This document shows positions 1-8,691 of a stretch of 64,000 nucleotides of DNA, piece by piece. The notes beneath the pieces were generated by a model. The model was given only the letters and a program-made list of their open reading frames with translations. It was not told the DNA's origin and searched no databases. Positions within the stretch are counted from its first letter, which is position 1. The number at the start of each line of letters is the position of its first letter. Source of the stretch: Vicinamibacterales bacterium (GTDB lineage: Bacteria > Acidobacteriota > Vicinamibacteria > Vicinamibacterales > CAVVIG01); contig DASSGK010000391.1 in the NCBI GenBank assembly GCA_035693505.1, forward strand, positions 307 through 64,306, given 5' to 3'. Made by a program: the position numbers and the translations under genes.

Positions 1-566
1 CTGCGCCGACGAAATCGGCGCTTCCCGCTGCCACGACATCGATCCCGGCGCCGGCGCCGGCTCCTGAAATCAAAGTCGAGCCCGCGGCTCCGCTTCCAGC
101 TGCGACGGCTCCCCCGCCGCCGCAGCCGGTCACGGCGCCCGTTGTGCCGCCGCGTCCCGCAGTGACGCCACCGGCGGCAGCCGCGACGCCGCCCCCGGCC
201 GCGCCGGCGCCCGCACGCGCGGAAGAAACTCCCGAGGCCGCCATCCAGGGAGTTCTTGCGCGGTACCGCAGCGCGCTGGAAGCTCGCGACATCGGGGCGC
301 TGAAGCGCGTGTGGCCCGCGCTGTCCGGACGCCAGGAAGAGGCCATCGCGAACGAGTTTCAGCACGCGCGCGCCATCGCCGCCAGCCTCGACGGCGTGGA
401 GATCCGAACGACAGGAAACGGGGCCACCGTGACGTGCCGTCGCAACTACGCGGTCACGACGGGAGATGGACAAACGCTGAAGACGACGACCACGATGATC
501 ATGACGCTTGCGCGGCGCGACGGCGGATGGAACATCGAGACGATTCGTCACGAGGTTATTCGATGA
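1..566 (+). CDS. C-terminal part of a protein: Pro/Ala-rich linker plus NTF2-like (SnoaL/DUF4440-type) domain; 5' end lies outside the window
   Basis: The frame of ORF 144..566 is open back to nt 3 (APTKSALPAATTS...) with no stop. A low-complexity P/A tract is followed by a compact domain EAAIQGVLARYRSALEARDIGALKRVW...DGGWNIETIRHEV. TGA 564-566 overlaps the next ATG (ATGA). Confidence 0.6.
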   Translation, partial: APTKSALPAATTSIPAPAPAPEIKVEPAAPLPAATAPPPPQPVTAPVVPPRPAVTPPAAAATPPPAAPAPARAEETPEAAIQGVLARYRSALEARDIGALKRVWPALSGRQEEAIANEFQHARAIAASLDGVEIRTTGNGATVTCRRNYAVTTGDGQTLKTTTTMIMTLARRDGGWNIETIRHEVIR

Positions 567-1894
567 TCCGACGCCTGGGACTGATGTGTCTCGTTCTCGC
601 AGCAACCGCACGTATCGCCAGCGCACAGACAACCGTCCAATCCACCAGCCCGAACCTGGCCGAGATGCTTCAGAACATCTACGGACCGCACGGGCTCGTG
701 GTCGACAGCGAAGCCGTCCTGCCGGACGGCTCGACGCATTCCGCGCATTTCAACGGCGCGTTTCAAACCGAGTTCGGCCGGGTGAACGTCGCGCTCGTCC
801 AGCAACTCGGCGCGCTGCCGATTCCTTCGCCGGCGTCGGGGTTCACGTACTCCTTCGACAACTCGACCGGCACCTTTGTCCGATCGACGCAAAGCTTCGG
901 TCCCATCCTCGCCGACCGCGCCGAGACCATCGGCCGCGGACGATTCGCATACGGCATGGCGCTGCAGCAGTTTTCGTTCAGCACGTTCGACGGGTTGAGG
1001 CTCAGCCACATCCCTGGCGTGTTCACCCACGACGATTTCCAACTCGGCGGCGGGCGGAGCGACGTGATCACGACGGACAACTCGATCTCCGCGTCGGTCA
1101 CCCAGACGACGATGTCGCTGACGTATGGCGCCACGGAGCACCTGGACCTCTCCATCGGCGTGCCCCTCGTGAACACCTCGCTCCACATCGTGTCGAACGC
1201 GACGATTCATCGTCTCGGCACGGACACGAATCCGGCGATTCACTTTTTCCGGGATCCTGATGCGCCGGGCACATACGGAGACGAGCGGACGTTCGTCGGG
1301 CAAGGCAGCGCTTCCGGAGTCGGCGACGTGATCGTGCGCGCGAAAGACACGCTGTTCAAGAACACGGGTGCCGGACTGGCGGTTGGTGTGGAAGGCCGGT
1401 TGCCGACGGGGGACGAAGAGAACCTTCTTGGCTCCGGCGCGCTGGGCGTCAAGGTATTCACGGCTGCGTCGGCCATTTACGGACACGTGGCGCCTCACGT
1501 GAACGTGGGCTATCAGTGGAACGGCAAGAGCCTTCTGGCGGGAGACGTGGAGACGGGGGTGAAGGGCGATCTGCCCAACGAGCTCACGTACGTACTCGGG
1601 GCGGATATCGCCGTGGAGAAGCGGCTGTCGATCGCGCTCGACGTGCTGGGACGCTACTCGTCAAACGCGCAGCGGCTGTCGAGCAGCACCTTCACGGCCA
1701 ACGTCACACCGCCGCAAACCTTTCAGGACATCGCGTTCAGCGTCGGGTCGTTGAATGTCCTCAGCGGCGCGTTCGGCCTGAAGGCGAACATCGCGGGGAC
1801 GCTGCTTGCCACGTTCAACCTGGAGTTCAAGCTGAACGACGCGGGCCTTCGAACGAAGGTCACGCCGCTCATCGGGCTGGAATACGGCTTCTGA
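563..1894 (+). CDS. Secreted outer-membrane beta-barrel protein (family uncertain; resembles MetA-pathway/transporter-type OMPs)
   Basis: ATG 563 gives the signal peptide MIRRLGLMCLVLAATARIASAQ. The sequence shows a long alternating strand-like pattern and ends ...LIGLEYGF with a terminal Phe, as in BAM substrates. The ORF-track start at 311 is an upstream extension across the preceding gene. Confidence 0.7.
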   Translation: MIRRLGLMCLVLAATARIASAQTTVQSTSPNLAEMLQNIYGPHGLVVDSEAVLPDGSTHSAHFNGAFQTEFGRVNVALVQQLGALPIPSPASGFTYSFDNSTGTFVRSTQSFGPILADRAETIGRGRFAYGMALQQFSFSTFDGLRLSHIPGVFTHDDFQLGGGRSDVITTDNSISASVTQTTMSLTYGATEHLDLSIGVPLVNTSLHIVSNATIHRLGTDTNPAIHFFRDPDAPGTYGDERTFVGQGSASGVGDVIVRAKDTLFKNTGAGLAVGVEGRLPTGDEENLLGSGALGVKVFTAASAIYGHVAPHVNVGYQWNGKSLLAGDVETGVKGDLPNELTYVLGADIAVEKRLSIALDVLGRYSSNAQRLSSSTFTANVTPPQTFQDIAFSVGSLNVLSGAFGLKANIAGTLLATFNLEFKLNDAGLRTKVTPLIGLEYGF

Positions 1895-1976
1895 AGCCAT
1901 TCGCAGGGCTGAAGCCCTGCGCCACTGGTGCTTTCAAACCAGAAGCCCGCTTGTGGCGCACGGCTTTAGCCGTGCG
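1886..1976. repeat. Cluster of GGC-loop-GCC stem-loops (REP-like) between convergent genes
   Basis: Four stem-loops: GGCTTC-T-GAAGCC (1886-1898, spans the OMP stop codon), GCAGGGC-TGAA-GCCCTGC (1903-1920), CTGGT-N9-ACCAG (1924-1942) and CGCACGGC-TTTA-GCCGTGCG (1957-1976). The stem/loop core is the same as at 12512-12553 and 30320-30337. Confidence 0.6.
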
Positions 1977-1993
1977 AAAAGCCAGGCCGAAAT

Positions 1994-2932
1994 CTAGCCG
2001 CCGAAGTAGCCGCTCCTCGCCTTCACGGTCGCCGCCGGATGCTTGACCCGGATGTCGAGCCGCCTCCACTCGCGTGAACCGGCGGCCTCGATCGCGAGGA
2101 CATACTGCTGGCGAAGGCCGTCGACGAGGCTCGAGGCGGCAACGACCGTCTCGGTCAGGGTGCTGGCGAACACGAACTGCCCGCCCGTCCACTCCGCGAG
2201 ATCCCGCAGGTCGGCGGAACCGGATCGCGGACCGCGATCGGCCACCTCCATCATCGCCCGCTGATCGATAGAGGGCACCGTGGCCACGATGTACACGGGC
2301 ACGTCGATCGAGCTGGCCAACCCCGACACTTCGGACGCGTTGAGCGCGCTGCTCGTGTCGATGCCGTCGGTCAGGACGATGATGGCGCGGTGCGATGCCG
2401 AACGGGCGGCAACCTTGCGCGCCGTTGCTGCGGTAGCGTCGTAGAGCGACGTCGTGCCGAACGTGTCGAATTCGTCCAGGCCACCGCGCAGCCTGCTCAG
2501 GTCGTTGGTGAAATCCTGCCGCTCGTGAAGCGTCGAGTCGAACGTCAGCAACGCGACTTCGTCCTGGCCGTCGCGCAACTGCGAGAGGATCGAGTCGAAG
2601 GCCTGGCGCGCCATCGCCTTCTTTGAGCCCACCCGCATGCTGCCGCTCATGTCCACGACGATGGCGAGGCTGATCGGCGACGCCAGATCCGAGCCGAGCG
2701 ACAGCACCTGGCGAAGTTGCCCGTTGTCCCGGATCTCGAAATCCCCCGGCGTCAGGCCTCGCATCGGTTTCCCGCGCTTGTCGCGGACCGAGGCCTGGAT
2801 GGTGACGAGGTCCACGGAACTGCGGAACGTCTGCTGGACCTGTTCGACCGGGGCCTGCATCGCCTGCGCCGCGAAACCCAACGAAAACGCAAGAGAGATT
2901 GTGGTGAAAATTCGGCTTGAAGACACACTCAT
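1994..2932 (-). CDS. Secreted VWA-domain protein, Acidobacterial VWFA-related type
   Basis: Signal peptide MSVSSSRIFTTISLAFSLGFAAQA. An N-terminal FRSSVDLVTIQASVRDKRGKP...DFEIRDNG module is followed by the MIDAS-like VVDMSGSM motif. Start chosen at ATG 2930-2932; GTG at 2959 is possible. Confidence 0.8.
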   Translation of the reverse strand: MSVSSSRIFTTISLAFSLGFAAQAMQAPVEQVQQTFRSSVDLVTIQASVRDKRGKPMRGLTPGDFEIRDNGQLRQVLSLGSDLASPISLAIVVDMSGSMRVGSKKAMARQAFDSILSQLRDGQDEVALLTFDSTLHERQDFTNDLSRLRGGLDEFDTFGTTSLYDATAATARKVAARSASHRAIIVLTDGIDTSSALNASEVSGLASSIDVPVYIVATVPSIDQRAMMEVADRGPRSGSADLRDLAEWTGGQFVFASTLTETVVAASSLVDGLRQQYVLAIEAAGSREWRRLDIRVKHPAATVKARSGYFGG

Positions 2933-3054
2933 GGCTGGCGGCTTATGTATCGGCACCACATCGTACAGGGTTTAGGGTGCGTCGCGAAACGGCGTACGAG
3001 CGCGCGCCACGCGGGCCGATGTGACGTTTCTGATCAGGATTCGACGAAATTGTA

Positions 3055-5340
3055 CTACCGGCGCGGATCGGACGGCGCCGGCATCCCTGCCCTCGCGGCC
3101 TTTGATCGATACATAGCAGCGTCCGCGGTCCGCAGCAGATCGTACGGCCGATCGGCATCGGGACCGTTGATTGCAATTCCGATGCTCGCCGACAACCTGA
3201 CCTCGCCGTCGTCGATCGCAAACGAGCGGCTGAGGTCACGCTTGATCCGGTCCGCCATGCTCGACGCGTCGTCCGCGTCGATGACCCTTTCGAGGAGGAT
3301 CGCGAATTCGTCGCCCCCAAGCCGCGCGACCGTGTCGCCGGGCCGGACACATCGGCGGAGGCGCCGGGCCGTTTCGACCAGCAGGCGATCGCCGACCAGG
3401 TGGCCCAACCGGTCGTTGAACGCTTTGAACTGATCGAGATCGATGAAGAGAATGGCGATGGACCCGCCGACCTCGCGCGCGTGAATCACGGCGTCTTTGA
3501 GGCGATCCATGAAGGCCGATCGGTTCAGCACCTTGGTGAGGCCGTCGTGGGAGGCGCGGAACGCGAGCTGTCGGGCCCTCCGCTTCTGCCGGGTGATATC
3601 GCGCAGGAACCCCGTAAACAGCGGGCCGTTCGAGGACGTGCTCTTGATGATCGACAACTCTGCGGGGAACCTGGTTCCGTCCGCCCGCATGCCGAGAACC
3701 TCGAGCCGGCGTCCGGTGAAGGTGTCGCGTCCCGACGTGTAGTACTGCTCCATCTGATCGCTGAAGCGTTCGCGGGATGCCTCGGGAATCAGCACGTCGA
3801 CAACGGGTTGTCCAATGACGTCGGCGGCGCGGTAACCGAACGTCCGCTCCGCTGCCGGGTTGAATTCGACGATGCGGCCGGCGTGATCGACCGTGATCAC
3901 GCAATCGAGCGCGCCGTGGAGCATGCCGGCCTTACGCGCTTCGCTCTCCTGGATCTGCTGCTCCATCCCCTTTCGGGCCAGGAACTGTCCCACTTGCGCG
4001 CCGATCGCGTTGAACATCCACAGCAGATCGTCGTCGGGGCGGCGGACGCTCCGCGAACAGAATTCGAAGACGCCCAGCACCTTGTTGCCCACCGAGATCG
4101 GAAACGCGAATGTGCCGTGGAGCCCCTCGGCCGCCGCCGCCCTCAGCCGCGGATAGTCACGCGCTTTCATGACGTCGGAAATCCATTGCGGCGCCGCATA
4201 CGCCCACACGTGGCCGGGCAGCCATTCACCGGGCTCGAACGTTCGGGCGAGACTGATCTTCTCGAACTCGGGAAAGCGGTTGCCGGGCTGACAGCGGATT
4301 TGCGCGCATCGCAGCCGTCGCGCCTCGGTATCCACCGACCACCAGAGCCCGATGTCCCAGTTGAGATCGGCATTGATGACGTCGATGATGCCGCGCGTGG
4401 CCTCTTCCGCGGTGGCGGCCTCGGCGAGCACGCGAGTGACCGCGTGCTCGGCGTTCCGGCGCGACAGTACCGCGCTGCGCTCCGAGATGGTGGCGCCGAG
4501 CATGAGCCCGGTTGCGGCGACGACGGCCATGAACACCTGGAGGAGCAGCAGGCCGTCCGCGACGTGGCCGGCGGCGTACGGTCCGAAGCCATGGAGCGTC
4601 GCCCAGATGGCAATCGACGAAGCGACAACGTTGGCGGCGGCGGCGCCGGCGGCACCGAACCGGATCGTGGCGACGATGAGAAACGGGAAGATGATGTATT
4701 CGAGCGAATAGTACGTGGAGGCGACGGATCGAACCGGTTCCGTGAAAATGGCGGCGCTCGCCAATGCGAGCCCGATCAGCAGCAGCGTCGCCTCGCCGAT
4801 CCGGCGTTGCATCGCATCGCGCCAGCTGTGCCACGTCAGCAGCGCGGGCACGACGACGAGATCGCCGATGGCCGCTCCAAGCCACCAGTTGAGCCACGAC
4901 GAACCGAACTCTGTCCAGGGCCGCGCCCCGCTGAGACAGAGGCTCGTCACGCCGACCGTCGCGCTCACAAGCGTACTGGCCGCGGCAGCGAAGACGATCA
5001 GACCGATCGCGTGTCGAACGCTGTCGAGGGTTCGATCGAGGCCCGCGAAACGGCGCAGCAGCCGCGCGGCGATGGCGGCTTCCAGCGTGACGCCAGCCGC
5101 GATGGCGAACGCCACGAGCGCCGGCTCGCTGCTTGTGCTGTTGGCCAGAAAGGCGCCAACGAGGATGCCGGGCCAGAGGTCCGGCCCGAACAGCAGCAGC
5201 AACGCGAGCGCCACGCCCGTTGCCGGACGCAGGAACGCGGCCTCGGCGCCGGCGAAGGCCATCGCGTCACCCAGCTTCGAGGCGACGAGACACACCGCGG
5301 CCGTCGAGGCGAGAGCAGTGATTCGTGACGGGGCCTTCAT
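3055..5340 (-). CDS. Membrane sensor diguanylate cyclase (MASE1-like - GAF - PAS - GGDEF)
   Basis: A polytopic N-terminal segment of about 300 aa is followed by a GAF-like segment (FAFPISVGNKVLGVFEF) and a PAS segment (LDCVITVDHAGRIVEFNPAAERTFGY). The C-terminal GGDEF domain has an intact RLGGDEFAILL motif. There is no EAL domain. Confidence 0.85.
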   Translation of the reverse strand: MKAPSRITALASTAAVCLVASKLGDAMAFAGAEAAFLRPATGVALALLLLFGPDLWPGILVGAFLANSTSSEPALVAFAIAAGVTLEAAIAARLLRRFAGLDRTLDSVRHAIGLIVFAAAASTLVSATVGVTSLCLSGARPWTEFGSSWLNWWLGAAIGDLVVVPALLTWHSWRDAMQRRIGEATLLLIGLALASAAIFTEPVRSVASTYYSLEYIIFPFLIVATIRFGAAGAAAANVVASSIAIWATLHGFGPYAAGHVADGLLLLQVFMAVVAATGLMLGATISERSAVLSRRNAEHAVTRVLAEAATAEEATRGIIDVINADLNWDIGLWWSVDTEARRLRCAQIRCQPGNRFPEFEKISLARTFEPGEWLPGHVWAYAAPQWISDVMKARDYPRLRAAAAEGLHGTFAFPISVGNKVLGVFEFCSRSVRRPDDDLLWMFNAIGAQVGQFLARKGMEQQIQESEARKAGMLHGALDCVITVDHAGRIVEFNPAAERTFGYRAADVIGQPVVDVLIPEASRERFSDQMEQYYTSGRDTFTGRRLEVLGMRADGTRFPAELSIIKSTSSNGPLFTGFLRDITRQKRRARQLAFRASHDGLTKVLNRSAFMDRLKDAVIHAREVGGSIAILFIDLDQFKAFNDRLGHLVGDRLLVETARRLRRCVRPGDTVARLGGDEFAILLERVIDADDASSMADRIKRDLSRSFAIDDGEVRLSASIGIAINGPDADRPYDLLRTADAAMYRSKAARAGMPAPSDPRR

Positions 5341-5370
5341 AACGCGCGGACGCGTTCGGGAAGGGGGCGG

Positions 5371-5871
5371 CTACGGCAGGTCTGCTGCCGCTTGCACTTC
5401 GACCACCACCGTGTTCAGGCGGTAGTACAACCAGGTGGAGAAGCGCCCGGCCGCCACGTGCTCGAAGAGCGGTTCGCGCGTCAGCCCCAACACCTGCACG
5501 CCGCGCGAATGCACGGCAATCCAGCGTGAGAGCTGTTCCTGCTGGCGCGAGTCGAGCGCCTCGACATCGCGGATCACCAGCGTGCCGGCATCCAGCCCGG
5601 GGACGTCAGTCTCCTGTTCCGGCGACCACCACACGAGCGGCTGGCGAAGGCCGTGCTCGATCTCGGCGATCGCGGCAGCGGTCAGCTCGCGTGGGCCGAC
5701 GAGCAGGCCGTTGACGGGCGATGTGCGGAGAATCGTCCACTCCGATTGGCGCGCACTCGAAGCCTTCATGAAATGCCGTGGCGAAGACCGGTCGGCTTCC
5801 GAAGGGAGTGGGCAGCGATCGTCCTCCAGGAGCCGAGAGGTGTCAGTGAAGAGATGCGTGGAGTTCTCCAT
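5371..5871 (-). CDS. Stand-alone degenerate sigma-54-activator-like AAA+ core (Sigma54_activ_2-like mini-EBP), paralog 1
   Basis: NGLLVGPRE replaces Walker A and LVIRDVEALD replaces Walker B. The C-terminal GRFSTWLYYRLNTVVVEV matches the EBP LYYRLN motif. There is no GAFTGA loop, lid or HTH. ATG 5871 is preceded by AAGG; GTG 5898 is the alternative start. The gene lies 30 nt upstream of the cyclase gene on the same strand. Confidence 0.6.
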   Translation of the reverse strand: MENSTHLFTDTSRLLEDDRCPLPSEADRSSPRHFMKASSARQSEWTILRTSPVNGLLVGPRELTAAAIAEIEHGLRQPLVWWSPEQETDVPGLDAGTLVIRDVEALDSRQQEQLSRWIAVHSRGVQVLGLTREPLFEHVAAGRFSTWLYYRLNTVVVEVQAAADLP

Positions 5872-6024
5872 ACTTACCTTCTGCGGGGAGTCGAACACGA
5901 TGAGCGGACTCTACAGGCCAGAGAGCAACTGGCCAATCAGGAACATGACACAAGGCACTAGGGAGAATCCCTAATGCGGATTCGACTCAGGATTCAAGAA
6001 TTTGAAGGGCTGAAGCGCCTGGGA

Positions 6025-6681
6025 TCAGGCGTTGTGCAGCCAGCCCTGAAGCGTGGCGTATTTCACGATGTCGATTCGGCCGTTCAGACCGAGCTTTCTC
6101 ATCGCGTTGGCCTTGTGCGCTTCGACGGTCTTCACGCTCAGCGAAAGGTGGGCGGCGATCTCCTTGTTGCTGTAGCCGGACGCGATGAGGCGCAAGACCT
6201 CGGACTCGCGTTCGCTGACGGCGGCGACGGGACGGCTCACCCGACTGGGTTTGCCGAGAAACGCCGCGGTGACCCGCGCGGTAAGCGCGGAATCGAGATA
6301 CTGCCGGCCGGCCGCCGCAGCGCGAATCGCCTGAAGCAGCTCGGTCGGCGCGCTCTGCTTCAGCACGTACCCTGAGACGCCGGCCCTGAGCAGTTCCTGC
6401 AGATACGCATCGTCGGCGTGCCGCGTGAGGGTCACGATGGCCGCGGCCGGCTGCCGCTGCTTCAACTTCCGCGTGGCGACGAGGCCGTTCATGCCCGGCA
6501 TCGAGATGTCCATGATGACGACGTCGGGCTTCAAGGCGACGGCGCCCTCGATGGCCGCATGTCCATCGCTGGCCTCGCCCACGACTTTCATGTCCGGCTG
6601 GCTGTCGATGAACAGCTTCAGGCCGTGGCGGACGGTGACGTGATCGTCGGCGAGAAGGATTCGAAGCGGTGCGTCATCCAT
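6025..6681 (-). CDS. NarL/FixJ-type response regulator (REC + LuxR HTH)
   Basis: MDDAPLRILLADDHVTVRHGL...VVIMDISMPGMNG in the receiver; C-terminal LSERESEVLRLIASGYSNKEIAAHLSLSVKTVEAHKANAMRKLG. ATG 6679-6681 overlaps the kinase stop (ATGGATGA). Confidence 0.9.
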   Translation of the reverse strand: MDDAPLRILLADDHVTVRHGLKLFIDSQPDMKVVGEASDGHAAIEGAVALKPDVVIMDISMPGMNGLVATRKLKQRQPAAAIVTLTRHADDAYLQELLRAGVSGYVLKQSAPTELLQAIRAAAAGRQYLDSALTARVTAAFLGKPSRVSRPVAAVSERESEVLRLIASGYSNKEIAAHLSLSVKTVEAHKANAMRKLGLNGRIDIVKYATLQGWLHNA

Positions 6682-8614
6682 GGTCGGCCATCTGTTTCTC
6701 CGCCGCAGCGACGGACATCCGGACGAGAATCGTCGTGCCTTTGCCGGCGGCCGATTCCACCTGAATCGTTGCGCCCACCAGGGACGCACGTTCCTGCATG
6801 CCGGACAAGCCGAGGCCGTGACGGGTCGTCCCCGTATCGGCCGGATCGAATCCCACACCGTTATCCTCGACGATGAGTACCACCTGGTCGGCGCGCCGTT
6901 CCACGATCACGTCGACGTGCGTCGCCCGCGAGTGCTTGGCTACGTTGGTCAGCGCTTCCTGAGCGATGCGATACAGCGTGGTCTCGACCTCCGAGGGCAG
7001 GCGCTCCTCCAGGAGCCCTGCCGTATGCAGCTCCGCGCTGATACGCGCGCGGTTGGACCAGTTCTGGATGTGGGTGGCGAGCGCCGCGCGCAAGCCGAGA
7101 TCGTCCAGCGCGGTCGGCCGGAGCTCCCAGACCAGATGATCGACGTCTCGATCGAGCTGCTGAGCGACGGCTTCGAGCGCCTCGACTTGACCGCGCAGGT
7201 CCGACCGATCGCTGCAGGCGGCCTTGAGCGACACGATCCGGTGGCCGAGCGCCGTCAGCTGCTCGCCGAACTGATCGTGCATCTCCCGGGCAATGCGCTT
7301 CCGTTCGTCTTCCTGCGCAAACACCAGCCTGGCGATCAACTCCCGCCGGGCGCGATCAGCGCGCCCCCGCTCACCGATCTCTTCGCGAAGGGACTCGTTC
7401 GCCTGAGCGAGCTCCGCGGTCCGCTCGCGGACCCGGACTTCCAGCTGTTCGTGCGACCGCCGCAGCAGCTCTTCCGCCTGCTTCCGCTCGGTGAGATCGA
7501 AGTGCGTGCCGACGATGCGTACTACCGGTCCACCCGGTTCTCGACGAACCGGGAACCCGCGAGAGAGCACGTGGACGTACCGCCCGTCCTTGTGTCGCAG
7601 TCGGAACTCCGCCTCGTACGTCGGCTCGCCGCGCGCCACGCTGTCGTTGGCCTCGTCGGCGCGTGGCCGATCGTCGGGGTGCACCAGCCGCTCCCAGGCG
7701 CTGATATGCGGTTCGATTTCGTCCTCCGTATAGCCGAGCATCTGCTTCCAGCGCGCCGAATACACCACATCGTTGGTTTCGATGTTCCAGTCCCAGACGC
7801 CTTCGCGCGCGCCGGCAAACGCGAGCGTCAGGCGCTCCTGGCTCTCGCGCAGCGCCTCCTCAGTCCTCTTGCGTTCAGTGATGTCGAGATGCGTGCCGAC
7901 GATGCGGGACACACGGCCGGTGACCTGGCTGCGGACGGGAAAGCCGCGTGACAGCACGTGGATGTAGTGGCCGTCCTTGTGCAGGAGACGGAATTCCCCT
8001 TCGTACGTGTCTCCTCCCCGCGCGAGCGATTCGCTGAGCTCATTCGCCCGCGGCTTGTCGTCTGGATGAAGGAGATGCTCCCAGGCGCGGACGTGAGGTT
8101 CGATTTCGTTGTCCGCGTAACCGAGCATCTCCTTCCATCGGGGCGAGTACACCACGGCCCCGGTCTCGAGATCCCAGTCCCACACGCCTTCCTGAGCGCC
8201 GGCAAACGCCAGGGTCAACCGTTCTTCGTTCTGACGAAGCTGTGCGAAGGCGCGTTTGCGCTCGGAAATGTCGCGTACGATTACCTGAATGGTCTCGCCG
8301 GGAGACTCGTCGAGCCTCGTCGAGTTGACTTCGACGTCGGTCACGCCTCCATCCAGCCGCACGATCTTTTCTTCGGCGGGCGGCACGGTTTCGCCGGCCA
8401 TCATCCGTCCGATCCGTTCACGCATCAGCGCGTGGCTGTCGGCATGAAAGACATCGAAGGGCGATTTGCCGAGAATCTGATCAGCAGTTGAGGCACCGAA
8501 CAGGCGCAGCGCGGCGGGATTCAGGAACACAAGGCGATTGTCCTGACTGATGAGTATGCCGTCCGGCGACAGCTGCACCAGCCGGCGGTAGCGGTCGAGG
8601 GGCTCGCTCTCCAC
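6674..8614 (-). CDS. Cytoplasmic triple-PAS histidine kinase (HisKA_3/NarX-type dimerisation domain + HATPase_c)
   Basis: Three PAS units and a coiled coil are followed by the H-box IAREMHDQFGEQL and ATPase boxes EALTNVAKHS, DNGVGF and GLGLSGMQERA. GTG start at 8612-8614. Confidence 0.9.
   Translation of the reverse strand: MESEPLDRYRRLVQLSPDGILISQDNRLVFLNPAALRLFGASTADQILGKSPFDVFHADSHALMRERIGRMMAGETVPPAEEKIVRLDGGVTDVEVNSTRLDESPGETIQVIVRDISERKRAFAQLRQNEERLTLAFAGAQEGVWDWDLETGAVVYSPRWKEMLGYADNEIEPHVRAWEHLLHPDDKPRANELSESLARGGDTYEGEFRLLHKDGHYIHVLSRGFPVRSQVTGRVSRIVGTHLDITERKRTEEALRESQERLTLAFAGAREGVWDWNIETNDVVYSARWKQMLGYTEDEIEPHISAWERLVHPDDRPRADEANDSVARGEPTYEAEFRLRHKDGRYVHVLSRGFPVRREPGGPVVRIVGTHFDLTERKQAEELLRRSHEQLEVRVRERTAELAQANESLREEIGERGRADRARRELIARLVFAQEDERKRIAREMHDQFGEQLTALGHRIVSLKAACSDRSDLRGQVEALEAVAQQLDRDVDHLVWELRPTALDDLGLRAALATHIQNWSNRARISAELHTAGLLEERLPSEVETTLYRIAQEALTNVAKHSRATHVDVIVERRADQVVLIVEDNGVGFDPADTGTTRHGLGLSGMQERASLVGATIQVESAAGKGTTILVRMSVAAAEKQMADHG
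7451..8224 (-). repeat. In-frame tandem duplication of a 129-codon PAS module inside the kinase gene
   Basis: Unit 1 (7838-8224) begins ERLTLAFAGAQEGVWDWDLETG... and unit 2 (7451-7837) begins ERLTLAFAGAREGVWDWNIETN... The two are collinear over the whole unit, with the majority of residues identical by eye. Confidence 0.85.
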
Positions 8615-8691
8615 GCTCTGCGGAGTCTAGCATCTTGCACGTCGACACCCGCAGCGCGTGGCGGTAGAATCAATCCCCCCGGGAGGTTCAC

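Noticed and set aside
3400-5328. 642-aa plus-strand ORF covering the diguanylate cyclase gene. Similar long antisense or alternative-frame ORFs occur at 26427..28271 (-), 17002..18417 (-), 548..1498 (-), 15665..16696 (-), 39316..40524 (+) and 43538..44761 (+).
   Set aside because: They lie opposite to, or out of frame with, genes that have clear domain architecture. Their translations are Arg/Gly/Asp/Pro-rich low-complexity strings with no recognisable motifs. Long spurious open frames are expected in DNA this GC-rich.
5940-6024. Small inverted repeats (GGCCAG-N7-CTGGCC around 5917-5935; TAGGGA-GAA-TCCCTA around 5957-5971) downstream of the LuxR-type regulator gene, considered as an intrinsic terminator.
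   Set aside because: The stems are only 6 bp, moderately GC-rich, and not followed by a convincing U-tract on the transcribed (minus) strand. That is insufficient to call a terminator.
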